Assembly: GCA_024695865.1 (NCBI GenBank)
Contig: JAILHI010000004.1
Span: forward strand, 1-49,412
Origin: Candidatus Gastranaerophilales bacterium
GTDB taxonomy: Bacteria; Cyanobacteriota; Vampirovibrionia; Gastranaerophilales; Gastranaerophilaceae
DNA: 49,412 nt
Reading direction: 5' to 3'
Part shown: in pieces, positions 8,441 through 16,816 of the stretch
Position numbering within the stretch: the first letter of the stretch is position 1
Layout: the number at the start of each line of letters is the position of its first letter
Position numbers and translations under genes: made by a program
The notes under the pieces: generated by a model
What the model was told of the DNA's origin: nothing
Seen by the model: only the letters and a program-made list of their open reading frames with translations
Databases searched by the model: none

Positions 8441-9364
8441 ATGCCTGCAAAAAAGGTGATAGAAATAGTCTTGGACGTAGAAACAACAGGTCTTGATTAT
8501 ACGAAAGAAAAAATGATTGAATTTGCCGCATTAAGACTTGAAAACGGCAAAATAAGAGGTGAATATCAGACCTTAATCAACCCCGAACAGCATATCAGAA
8601 AATCGAGCATGGCTGTTCACGGTATCACCGAGGACATGGTTAAAGATGCCCCTACCGAAGCGGAAGCAATGCCGGGGATTTTGAATTTTATCGGGGATTA
8701 TCCCATTGTTGCCCACAACGCAATTTTTGATTACAGTTTTATTAATGAAGCCGCCAAAAGAACAAGAGGCAGGGGTATTACAAATCCCATGATTGATTCC
8801 CAGCAAATGTTCCGTGAAGTATATCCCGATTTGGAATCCTGCGGACTTGAAGCGCTTATGAAAAAATTTCATGTTACGTTTGAAGAACGCCACAGAGCGA
8901 TGGCTGATACAAAAGGGCTTGCGGAAAGTTATCCCGAACTTAAAAAACTCTACAAGAAAAAGTACGCTTGGCAGATGAAGCAAATCGAAAATGTCGAATA
9001 TCTTTTTGAAAGATTTTTGCGTATTCAGGGTGCCGTTTCAACAATGCAGGCAGAATTACAGGATTTAAAATCAATTTTCAAACTGTATTTTGAACAGGGC
9101 GGAACCCCGATAACCTCACCGACGGGTGAAACTTTAATATATCAGCATAAACAGGGCTTTAACTACGATTTTTCTCTGATTAAAGATACCCTCGAAGAAA
9201 TCGGCGCACTCGAAAAAGCAGTTAAGGTCAACAGCGGTTTTATCGACAGGCTCGTTAACGGCAGAGGTCTCGATGAGGAAACCAGAGATAAATTAAGAAA
9301 CGCAAGAATTGAAATCAGTACAACAAAAAATATTCAAATTTTAAAACCTGATAAAAAGTTTTAA
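8441..9364 (+). CDS. DnaQ-like (DEDDh) 3'-5' exonuclease domain protein with about 130-aa C-terminal domain of unknown function
   Basis: Exo I motif 'VLDVETTGLD', Exo II 'VAHNAIFDYSFI', Exo III 'HRAMADT'. I do not recognise the C-terminal third. Confidence 0.7.
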   Translation: MPAKKVIEIVLDVETTGLDYTKEKMIEFAALRLENGKIRGEYQTLINPEQHIRKSSMAVHGITEDMVKDAPTEAEAMPGILNFIGDYPIVAHNAIFDYSFINEAAKRTRGRGITNPMIDSQQMFREVYPDLESCGLEALMKKFHVTFEERHRAMADTKGLAESYPELKKLYKKKYAWQMKQIENVEYLFERFLRIQGAVSTMQAELQDLKSIFKLYFEQGGTPITSPTGETLIYQHKQGFNYDFSLIKDTLEEIGALEKAVKVNSGFIDRLVNGRGLDEETRDKLRNARIEISTTKNIQILKPDKKF

Positions 9365-9383
9365 ACAAAATATTTTTAAATTA

Positions 9384-9417
9384 AAAAAATCCGATATGTT
9401 TATTATCGGATTTTTTA
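9384..9417. terminator. bidirectional rho-independent terminator between convergent genes
   Basis: Stem 'ATCCGATA'/'TATCGGAT' flanked by an A-run upstream and a T-run downstream (aaaaaaATCCGATAtgtttatTATCGGATtttttt). Confidence 0.7.
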
Positions 9418-9439
9418 TACAAAATACTGTTATCAACAA

Positions 9440-9979
9440 TTATGAATCAACGTTTAATTTTCCGCCTGCAGCCCCGCCAAGACCGATTTTCTTAGCGATA
9501 AATTCTTTCAATTTGTCGGGATTTGCGGCAAAATCAGCAATATTCTTTTGAACATCAGCATCTTGAAGGTCTAATCCTGCAGACTTGAGTGTTTTTGTTA
9601 CTTTTTCCATCATTCCTGCATTCTTATCTTCAATTTGAGGAGTTTCTTCTTTTGCAACAGCATCAGTTTCTTCAACGGTTTCTGTTTTTGCGGCTGCTTC
9701 TGTTCCTTTTGCTGCGTCAGTCTTTTTATTGGGCTGGCCGATAATAAATCCCTGGTCGTGCAGTTTGTTCAAAGCGTTAGTAATTGTTTCTTTCGGATTT
9801 GCTTTAACTTTTTCAAAGGCACCTTTCAAATCATCGGTATTGTTAATACCAAGTTTTGATGCAGCATCAAAAATACTTCCTTCCGGAATATTTCCTGACG
9901 ACATTACTCTGTTAAATACTTCACCTGCTTTAGAGGCAATACCTTTAATCATTTCGGGATTTATCGATACCATGTTCAT
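9440..9979 (-). CDS. hypothetical protein (179 aa), Lys/Ala/Glu-rich with two weakly similar halves
   Basis: ORF only. I recognise no motif. Confidence 0.45.
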   Translation of the reverse strand: MNMVSINPEMIKGIASKAGEVFNRVMSSGNIPEGSIFDAASKLGINNTDDLKGAFEKVKANPKETITNALNKLHDQGFIIGQPNKKTDAAKGTEAAAKTETVEETDAVAKEETPQIEDKNAGMMEKVTKTLKSAGLDLQDADVQKNIADFAANPDKLKEFIAKKIGLGGAAGGKLNVDS

Positions 9980-10082
9980 TCCTCGCTCTTATGTGTAACT
10001 ATACAAGTATATAAAACCTTTTTTCTTCATAAAATTGCCCAAATTTAATTTTTTGTAACAAATTTTATATGTAAATATTTTC

Positions 10083-10111
10083 TTGATTTTCAATCATGTG
10101 TATCGGATAAT
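10083..10111 (+). promoter_or_regulatory. candidate sigma70-type promoter of the hydrogenase operon (TTGATT -17 bp- GATAAT)
   Basis: A -35-like TTGATT at 10083-10088 and a -10-like GATAAT at 10106-10111 with 17-bp spacing. It sits about 65 nt upstream of the hydC ATG at 10176. Confidence 0.4.
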
Positions 10112-10175
10112 CAAGACAGGAATAGATATAATACTATTAATTCAGCGATATAAATACATCAAGAAGGAGAAAAAT

Positions 10176-10676
10176 ATGACGGCTACAAGTCAGACCAGTG
10201 TTGATTTTTCTAAAATTGATGAAGTCTTGAAATCTTACGAATATAAGAAATCAAACCTGATTGCAATTTTACAGAAAATTCAAGAAATTTACAGATACCT
10301 TCCGCTTGATGCCATGACGTATGTCGGCACAAAAATAGAAGGTTTATCACCTGCAACCGTATATGGAGTTGCGACATTTTATGCACAATTCAGTCTTGAT
10401 CCGAAAGGAAAATATGAAATTAAATTGTGTGACGGAACAGCATGCCACGTAAGAGGTTCAATGCCTGTTCTCGATGCTGTTAGAGCAAAACTTAATCTTC
10501 CCGTAGGAAAATCAACAACGGATGACGGAATGTTTTCATTAGAAACCGTCAGCTGCCTGGGAGCATGCGGACTTGCTCCTGTCGTAGTTATAAACGGTGA
10601 TGTTTATCCTAAAATGACCGCAGATGCAGTCAAAGTAGCACTTGATTCAATTATCAAGCAGGAAAAGGAGGCTTAG
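10176..10676 (+). CDS. hydC: [FeFe]-hydrogenase gamma subunit / NuoE-like 2Fe-2S protein (HydC/HndA)
   Basis: Thioredoxin-like [2Fe-2S] NuoE-family motifs ('CDGTACHVRGS', 'CLGACGLAPV'). GGAGA SD 7 nt upstream of the ATG at 10176; the ORF-track start at 10083 would lie inside the promoter, so the internal Met is preferred. Confidence 0.8.
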   Translation: MTATSQTSVDFSKIDEVLKSYEYKKSNLIAILQKIQEIYRYLPLDAMTYVGTKIEGLSPATVYGVATFYAQFSLDPKGKYEIKLCDGTACHVRGSMPVLDAVRAKLNLPVGKSTTDDGMFSLETVSCLGACGLAPVVVINGDVYPKMTADAVKVALDSIIKQEKEA

Positions 10677-10677
10677 G

Positions 10678-12534
10678 ATGACAACATTATCAGTTAATAT
10701 TCAGGACGAACAAAAAAAAGCACAAGAAAATATTAATGCACAGGGATTAAGAGTTCTTGTTTGCTCGGGAACGGGTTGTATCGCAAACGGCTCTCTCAAA
10801 GTAATTGAAAAATTCAGAGAATTGGGCGCAAATGTTTCAACCTTAACCGCTCACGACAAAATGACCATTGTTCCGACAGGCTGCCACGGCTTCTGTGAAC
10901 AGGGTGTTTTGGTTTTAATCCCCGAATTAGATGTAACTTACGTAAAAGTTCACGTTGAAGACGTTGAAGAAATCTTTGACGAACACATCGTTGGCGGTAA
11001 ACCCGTTGAAAGATTACTTTATGTTGACCCTAAAACAAATGAACACGTTAAAAAGAGCGAAGATATCAACTTCTACGCAAAACAAACACGTACGGCGCTT
11101 GCAAACTGCGGACATATCAACGCTGAATCAATCGATGAAGCAATTGCGGTTCACGGTTATGAAGCATTGGCAAATGTTTTGAAAGAAAATAACCCCGATG
11201 CCGTAATTCAGGAAGTTCTTGATTCAGGCTTAAAGGGCAGAGGCGGCGCAGGCTTCCCGACAGGTTTAAAGTGGAAGTTCACGGCTGCAAACAAGGGCGG
11301 AAAATCTTACGTTGTTTGTAACGGCGACGAAGGCGACCCGGGCGCATTTATGGACAGAAGCGTTATGGAAGGCGACCCTCATAAACTTCTCGAAGGTATG
11401 GCAATCGCTGCTTTCGCTATTGGTGCAGATGAAGGTTATATCTATGTAAGAGCAGAATATCCGCTCGCAATCAAACGTTTAAGAAAAGCAATTAAAGATG
11501 CCGAAGAACGTAATTATCTCGGTAAAAATATTCTCGGAACAGATTTTTCATTCGATTTGCACATCAAAGAAGGTGCAGGCGCATTTGTTTGCGGTGAAGA
11601 ATCAGCACTTCTCGCTTCAATCGAAGGCGAAAGAGGTATGCCGAGACCGAAACCGCCGTTCCCTGCAAATAAAGGTTTATTTGAAAGACCTACACTTATT
11701 AACAACGTAGAAACACTTGCAAATATTCCCGTTATCCTGCTTAAAGGTGCAAAATGGTTTGCTTCAATGGGTACGGAATCGGCAAAAGGTACAAAAACTT
11801 TCGCATTAACAGGTGAAGTTAACAACACGGGTCTTATCGAAGTTCCTATGGGAACTACTTTAAGAAAAATCGTATTTGATATCGGCGGCGGTATCAGAAA
11901 CGGCAAGAAATTTAAAGCAGTTCAAATCGGCGGCCCCTCAGGCGGTTGCTTGACAGAAGAACATCTTGATTTGCCGATGGATTACGACAGCCTTGCAAAA
12001 GCAGGTGCAATGGTCGGCTCAGGCGGTCTTGTTGTTATGAACGAAGACACTTGTATCGTTGAAGTTGCACGTTTCTTTATGAACTTCACTCAAAATGAAT
12101 CCTGCGGTAAATGTACGCCGTGCCGAGAAGGTACAAAAAATATGCTGAAGATTTTGGAAAAAATCGTTCACGGTCAGGGAACAATGGAAGATTTAGACAA
12201 ACTTGAAGAACTTGCAGTTGCAGTAAAAGACGGTTCGCTCTGCGGCTTGGGTAAAACTGCTCCTAACCCCGTTCTTTCGACTTTGAAATACTTCAGAGAT
12301 GAATACATTGCTCACATTAAAGATAAAAAATGCCCTGCGGGTGTTTGTGCGGCAATGAAAACATTTACGATTAAAGAAGATGAATGTAAGGGTTGTACAA
12401 AATGTGCCAGAACCTGCCCTGTCGGCGCTATTTCGGGCACAGTTAAAAATCCTCACAAGATTGACCAGTCAAAATGTATTAAATGCGGTTCATGTATGAG
12501 TGCATGTCCGTTTAAAGCAATCAAACAGTCGTAA
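10678..12534 (+). CDS. hydB: [FeFe]-hydrogenase beta subunit / NuoF-like NADH-binding flavoprotein (HydB/HndC)
   Basis: ATG at 10678 overlaps the hydC stop and has an AAGGAGG SD. N-terminal thioredoxin-like 2Fe-2S Cys. NADH/FMN motif 'GRGGAGFPTGLKW'. 4Fe-4S 'ESCGKCTPCREG'. C-terminal 2x[4Fe-4S] ferredoxin 'CKGCTKCARTCP...CIKCGSCMSACP'. Confidence 0.85.
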   Translation: MTTLSVNIQDEQKKAQENINAQGLRVLVCSGTGCIANGSLKVIEKFRELGANVSTLTAHDKMTIVPTGCHGFCEQGVLVLIPELDVTYVKVHVEDVEEIFDEHIVGGKPVERLLYVDPKTNEHVKKSEDINFYAKQTRTALANCGHINAESIDEAIAVHGYEALANVLKENNPDAVIQEVLDSGLKGRGGAGFPTGLKWKFTAANKGGKSYVVCNGDEGDPGAFMDRSVMEGDPHKLLEGMAIAAFAIGADEGYIYVRAEYPLAIKRLRKAIKDAEERNYLGKNILGTDFSFDLHIKEGAGAFVCGEESALLASIEGERGMPRPKPPFPANKGLFERPTLINNVETLANIPVILLKGAKWFASMGTESAKGTKTFALTGEVNNTGLIEVPMGTTLRKIVFDIGGGIRNGKKFKAVQIGGPSGGCLTEEHLDLPMDYDSLAKAGAMVGSGGLVVMNEDTCIVEVARFFMNFTQNESCGKCTPCREGTKNMLKILEKIVHGQGTMEDLDKLEELAVAVKDGSLCGLGKTAPNPVLSTLKYFRDEYIAHIKDKKCPAGVCAAMKTFTIKEDECKGCTKCARTCPVGAISGTVKNPHKIDQSKCIKCGSCMSACPFKAIKQS

Positions 12535-12555
12535 TGAAAGCAAAGGAAAAATAAT

Positions 12556-14322
12556 ATGAGTACATTATTTATAAACGGAAAAGAATACGAATATACAGAT
12601 GAACCGAATTTGCTGGAAGTAATCAGAAAAGCAGGAATTGATGTTCCGACTTTCTGTTACAGCCCCGAATTAAAACCCTTCGGTTCATGCAGAATGTGCG
12701 TTGTAGAAGTTGAATATCCTAACGGCAGAGTTGTTGTTAACTCATCTTGTACAATGCCTCCCGAACCTAATGTTAAAGTTAGTACAAACACTGCACGTGT
12801 CAGAAGAATAAGAAAAACCGTTCTTGAACTTCTTCTTGCAAACCACGACAGAGAATGTACAACCTGTGACAAATCGGGACAATGTGATTTACAAAGATAT
12901 GCCGAAGAATACGGTATTAAAGAAATTAAATACGCAAAATTGACCGAAGAAGATATGAAGGCAATCGACGATTGGAACCCCTCATTAAAGAGAGACCCCA
13001 ACAAATGTATCCTTTGCGGTGCATGCGTAAGGGCTTGTCAGGAATTTCAGGGTCATGCGGTTTTGGGCTTTGCAAACAGAGGCTCGAAAACAGTTGTACA
13101 ACCTATGAACGGCAAGTTGCTTGCTGAAGTTGACTGTGTCTTCTGTGGTCAGTGTCAGGCAGTTTGTCCGACAGGCGCTTTAACCGTTAAATCAAATGTT
13201 GAAGACGCTTGGGATGCTGTCAATGACAAAAGCAAGAAAACCGTTGTTCAGATTGCACCGTCTGTTCGTGTTGCAATTGGTGAAATGTTCGGTTTAAAAC
13301 CCGGTGAAAACACAATCGGTAAAATTTATGCGGCACTCAGAAAAATCGGTTTCGATTTGATTTTTGATACAAACTTCTCTGCTGACTTAACTATTACCGA
13401 AGAAGCAACGGAATTTGTTGAAAGACTTACAAAGGGCGGATTGCTTCCGATGTTTACATCATGCTGTCCTGCATGGGTAAGATATATGGAAACGCAGCAC
13501 CCCGATATGCTTGGTCATTTATCAACCTGTAAATCACCTCAGGGTATGCTTTCACCCGTTATTAAGGAATTACTTCCCAAATATCACGAAGGCTATACTA
13601 AGGAAAATATTACAGTTGTTTCAATTATGCCTTGTACCGCTAAAAAGTATGAAGCAAGAAGAAGCCAGTTAAGACGTGACGGTAAATTTGAAACAGATAT
13701 CGTAATGACAACAAAAGAACTCGGCAGAATGATAAAAGAAGCAGGTATTGACTTCAAGAATCTTGAACCTGAACATGCAGATTCACCGTTTGGTGAATAC
13801 ACGGGTGCAGGCACCATCTTTGGTGCATCGGGCGGTGTTGCCGAAGCAGCCGCAAGAACTGCTTATTACTATGTAACAGGCGAAAATATTGCAGATGCCG
13901 ATATTAAGCAAATGAGAGGTGTTGATAAGTCAACACGTTCAAAATCAGTTGAACTTGATATCAAAGGCACCAAAGTAGTTGTAAGAGTCGTTTCCACCCT
14001 GAAAGAAGCAGAAAAGGCTATTCAGGAAATCAAAAACGGAACGGCAAACTTCCAGTTACTTGAAGTTATGGCTTGTCCCGGAGGCTGTGTAAACGGCGGA
14101 GGTCAGCCTGCAAGCTGCAAAGATGCTAAAATTAAGGAAGAAAGAGCAGAAGGCTTATATACCGAAGACAGAGAACTTCCTATCAGACGTTCTCACGAAA
14201 ACCCCGATATTATAAGACTTTATAAAGAAGACCTTGAAAAACCGGGCTCACATAAGGCTCATGAATTGTTACATACAACATACAGTGATATGTACACAGG
14301 CTCCTATAAAGATTTGAAGTAG
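12556..14322 (+). CDS. hydA: [FeFe]-hydrogenase catalytic (alpha) subunit HydA/HndD
   Basis: N-terminal 2Fe-2S and ferredoxin-like Cys clusters. H-cluster signature motifs L1 'TSCCPAWV', L2 'MPCTAKKYE', L3 'EVMACPGGCVNGGGQP'. Confidence 0.9.
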   Translation: MSTLFINGKEYEYTDEPNLLEVIRKAGIDVPTFCYSPELKPFGSCRMCVVEVEYPNGRVVVNSSCTMPPEPNVKVSTNTARVRRIRKTVLELLLANHDRECTTCDKSGQCDLQRYAEEYGIKEIKYAKLTEEDMKAIDDWNPSLKRDPNKCILCGACVRACQEFQGHAVLGFANRGSKTVVQPMNGKLLAEVDCVFCGQCQAVCPTGALTVKSNVEDAWDAVNDKSKKTVVQIAPSVRVAIGEMFGLKPGENTIGKIYAALRKIGFDLIFDTNFSADLTITEEATEFVERLTKGGLLPMFTSCCPAWVRYMETQHPDMLGHLSTCKSPQGMLSPVIKELLPKYHEGYTKENITVVSIMPCTAKKYEARRSQLRRDGKFETDIVMTTKELGRMIKEAGIDFKNLEPEHADSPFGEYTGAGTIFGASGGVAEAAARTAYYYVTGENIADADIKQMRGVDKSTRSKSVELDIKGTKVVVRVVSTLKEAEKAIQEIKNGTANFQLLEVMACPGGCVNGGGQPASCKDAKIKEERAEGLYTEDRELPIRRSHENPDIIRLYKEDLEKPGSHKAHELLHTTYSDMYTGSYKDLK

Positions 14323-14340
14323 TCTTTATTTACAGCCGAC

Positions 14341-14375
14341 AAAAATGCCCCGTATAATCTGCGGGGCATTTTTTA
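14341..14375. terminator. bidirectional rho-independent terminator (aaaaaTGCCCCGtataatctGCGGGGCAtttttt)
   Basis: 8-bp GC-rich stem with flanking A and T runs, located between convergent hydA and the metzincin gene. Confidence 0.75.
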
Positions 14376-14401
14376 TAGGTTAATAATCAAATTTGATATT
14401 T

Positions 14402-15781
14402 TTATTTTACGTTGTTAAATAATGCTTTTCTTGCCTCAATTGTTTTGACATTTTCTTCCGAAAATATTTTAGAATATTTTTGAATATCAGGGTCTTTTTT
14501 CATCGTCGGATTATTTGCCACAAAAGTATCCAAAAGATTTTTGCCGTCACGGTAGCGCATCTCACCCTGATATATTGCAAGGAGATTGTTTAATGCGGTT
14601 TTGTTGCTTGGTGAAACTTCCAGTATTTTTTTGTAGTAAACGGCCGCATTATCGTTATCCTTTAACATTTCATAGGCTTTTACTTCACGTACATAAACCA
14701 TTTCCGTAGGCATCATTGCTTCTACTTTTTTATACCAATCAAGCGCCTGTCTGTATTGTCCTGCCGCAAATAATTCATCACCCATATCAATATATCCGCT
14801 CGGGTGAGTGGGCATTTTTTTGGCAATACCTGTCAGTTCTTCTTCTTTTGCTTTTTGAATATCTTGTTTTTCAGGCTGTTTTCCGTAGTCTTTATAAAGT
14901 AATTTGGCGGTGTTTATATCTCTTTGTGATAAATGTGCAAGCGGTGTTTTTGCCCCCTGCGACATTATATCACCCGTATATGGGCTGTGCCCCAAAATGC
15001 CGATGGAATGTCCTATTTCGTGCAGCATTGTATGATAAATCATTGCATCGGTCAGTTTTTTGCCCCCTGCACCTGTCAGGTTAATAGTTATTTTGCTTCC
15101 TTTTAAGGTGTTCCCTTTTATGTCGTAAGAACAGTTTCCGCCTTCCTGAAAGCCGTCGCTTCCTGACGCATTACCGCCCGTAAAGGATATAATATCGGTT
15201 GCATCGTCTTTGTTGCCTGCGTAGGTGAACATTACATTTGAGCCTAGTGCAGCCTGCCATTCCGAATATGCTCTTTGCATCATCGGTTTGTAGGTCGGAT
15301 TGGATTCTATGTAAATACGTGCCATACCTCTTTCTCTGAGGTATTTTTGGCCGCCTCTGTATGCGTTTTTTACATAGTCCGTTGCCGTTGAAGTTCCACC
15401 GTTTTGTGCGGTATTTTGTCTTGTTGCCTGAGCGGTTTGCGTCCTCTGCTTGTTTAAGTAGTCGTCAATTTTTTCAATTCCCTGTTTTGAATATTGAGCC
15501 GCTTGTGAAGCCGGTGCAAGTTCAATAATCTTTTGGTATTGAGTTTTTGCTTCGGAATATTTTTTTTCCTGTACCAAAATTTGTGAGTACATGTATCTTG
15601 CATTGACGTCGTAGTAATTTGTTTTTATTGCCTTTTCAAAAAGGATTTTTGCAAAAGCCAAATCACCCTTGTTGTAGGCATTCATACCCGCATCATAGTC
15701 AACACCTGCAAAAGCGGTCATCGCAATTGCAGGTATTGTGCATAAAGTTATTATAAATTTTTTAAAAGATTTTTTGTTCAT
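14402..15781 (-). CDS. secreted TPR-repeat / metzincin-type zinc metalloprotease fusion
   Basis: Signal peptide 'MNKKSFKKFIITLCTIPAIAMTAFA'. N- and C-terminal TPR-like repeats. Central 'HEIGHSIGILGHS' = HExxHxxGxxH zinc-binding motif with a downstream Met-turn candidate. Confidence 0.7.
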   Translation of the reverse strand: MNKKSFKKFIITLCTIPAIAMTAFAGVDYDAGMNAYNKGDLAFAKILFEKAIKTNYYDVNARYMYSQILVQEKKYSEAKTQYQKIIELAPASQAAQYSKQGIEKIDDYLNKQRTQTAQATRQNTAQNGGTSTATDYVKNAYRGGQKYLRERGMARIYIESNPTYKPMMQRAYSEWQAALGSNVMFTYAGNKDDATDIISFTGGNASGSDGFQEGGNCSYDIKGNTLKGSKITINLTGAGGKKLTDAMIYHTMLHEIGHSIGILGHSPYTGDIMSQGAKTPLAHLSQRDINTAKLLYKDYGKQPEKQDIQKAKEEELTGIAKKMPTHPSGYIDMGDELFAAGQYRQALDWYKKVEAMMPTEMVYVREVKAYEMLKDNDNAAVYYKKILEVSPSNKTALNNLLAIYQGEMRYRDGKNLLDTFVANNPTMKKDPDIQKYSKIFSEENVKTIEARKALFNNVK

Positions 15782-16737
15782 GCAACCATTTTAGCATTTT
15801 TTTTGGCGTTTTTCAATTTTTTCGTTTTTGGTTTTTCGTAAATAAAAATATATTCATGACCAAAATTATAGAAACCGCCGTACAAGGCTCTGTATCTCCA
15901 AAGGTTTGCATTTTTACCTTTAGCTCTTTCATTGCCCTGAATATCTTTTACAATAACGGCTTTGAGTTTAAAGCCGAGTTTTTCCATACGTTGATTACAA
16001 CCGAAAGACAACAGTTTGTATTCGCCTTTTGCATATTTATCGCCTATAATCAGAGCAGCATATCTGCCGTCCTCTAACAAGTCATAGCCGTTTTTTGCAA
16101 CCTTTTCAAACATATCGTAAAATTCTTCTGTTGTTGCACAGTTTGATAAATCTTCTTTTCTGTTTGAAAATTTAATAATATCGTCATAAGGCGGGTGCAA
16201 GACCAAAAATTGTGCCTTTTCTTCGCCCATAATTGCAAGTCTGTCCTGAACTTTTTGTTTGGCTTCTTCACTTGTTGAATCTGCAGAAATAATATTCACG
16301 TCGGTAACAAGTTCTTTTTGTGAAAATTTTTCGGCAACGTGGTCTGCAAGTTCGGGTTTTAATTCAACACCGATACATCTTCTGTCCATATTTAAGGCTT
16401 CAATGGCAGAAGTTCCGGAACCTAAAAACAGGTCTAAAATAATATCTTTTTTCTTGGTAAAACGTTCAAAAAACTGTTGTGCCAACTGCGGAATGTAGTT
16501 TCCGTGGTATTCGTTTGAATGTTTTCCTGATTTATCTCTTGACGGGAAAAGCCAAAGAGAATTGGTAAGTATATGTGAATAATCTTTCCAGTTATTCAAA
16601 TCAATGTCATTATAAGGCTTACAATTTTTAATAGGATTATCCGCAACTTTCAATGCCGTCTTTTTCTTTGGTTGTTCGGCAATCTGTAAATTTACGTTTT
16701 CCGTCTCTTTTAACTTTGTATTAGTTTTTTTAGCCAT
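15778..16737 (-). CDS. SAM-dependent amino-group methyltransferase with (H)PPY motif (N6/N4 DNA or N2/Gln-type), orphan
   Basis: SAM motif I 'DLFLGSGTSAIEA' is followed about 70 aa later by motif IV 'LHPPYDDII'. The N-terminal 90 aa are unusual. There is a 4-bp overlap with the downstream metzincin gene, and no restriction-enzyme gene is adjacent. Confidence 0.6.
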   Translation of the reverse strand: MAKKTNTKLKETENVNLQIAEQPKKKTALKVADNPIKNCKPYNDIDLNNWKDYSHILTNSLWLFPSRDKSGKHSNEYHGNYIPQLAQQFFERFTKKKDIILDLFLGSGTSAIEALNMDRRCIGVELKPELADHVAEKFSQKELVTDVNIISADSTSEEAKQKVQDRLAIMGEEKAQFLVLHPPYDDIIKFSNRKEDLSNCATTEEFYDMFEKVAKNGYDLLEDGRYAALIIGDKYAKGEYKLLSFGCNQRMEKLGFKLKAVIVKDIQGNERAKGKNANLWRYRALYGGFYNFGHEYIFIYEKPKTKKLKNAKKNAKMVA

Positions 16738-16816
16738 TCCGATTCTCCGCTATGCTTTTCATGTCATAAAAAGTATAGCCGTTCGGAACTCGGATTTTAT
16801 CCTTTAAATACTGTAA

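Noticed and set aside
9980-10175. Rex operator upstream of the hydrogenase operon
   Set aside because: The palindromes present (TTTGTAACAAA; CTTGATT...AATCAAG) do not match the TTGTGAAnnnnTTCACAA Rex consensus. The second is better explained as -35/-10 promoter hexamers.
10083-10175. Longer hydC start at 10083 (ORF-track start)
   Set aside because: The extra 31 codons overlap the predicted promoter, lack an RBS and are not NuoE-like. The ATG at 10176 has a GGAGA Shine-Dalgarno.
11514-13004. Antisense ORFs inside hydB/hydA (11514-11906, 12193-12456, 12657-13004) and similar antisense ORFs inside other long genes
   Set aside because: They lie opposite strongly supported conserved genes, with no RBS and low-complexity translations. 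These are typical shadow ORFs.
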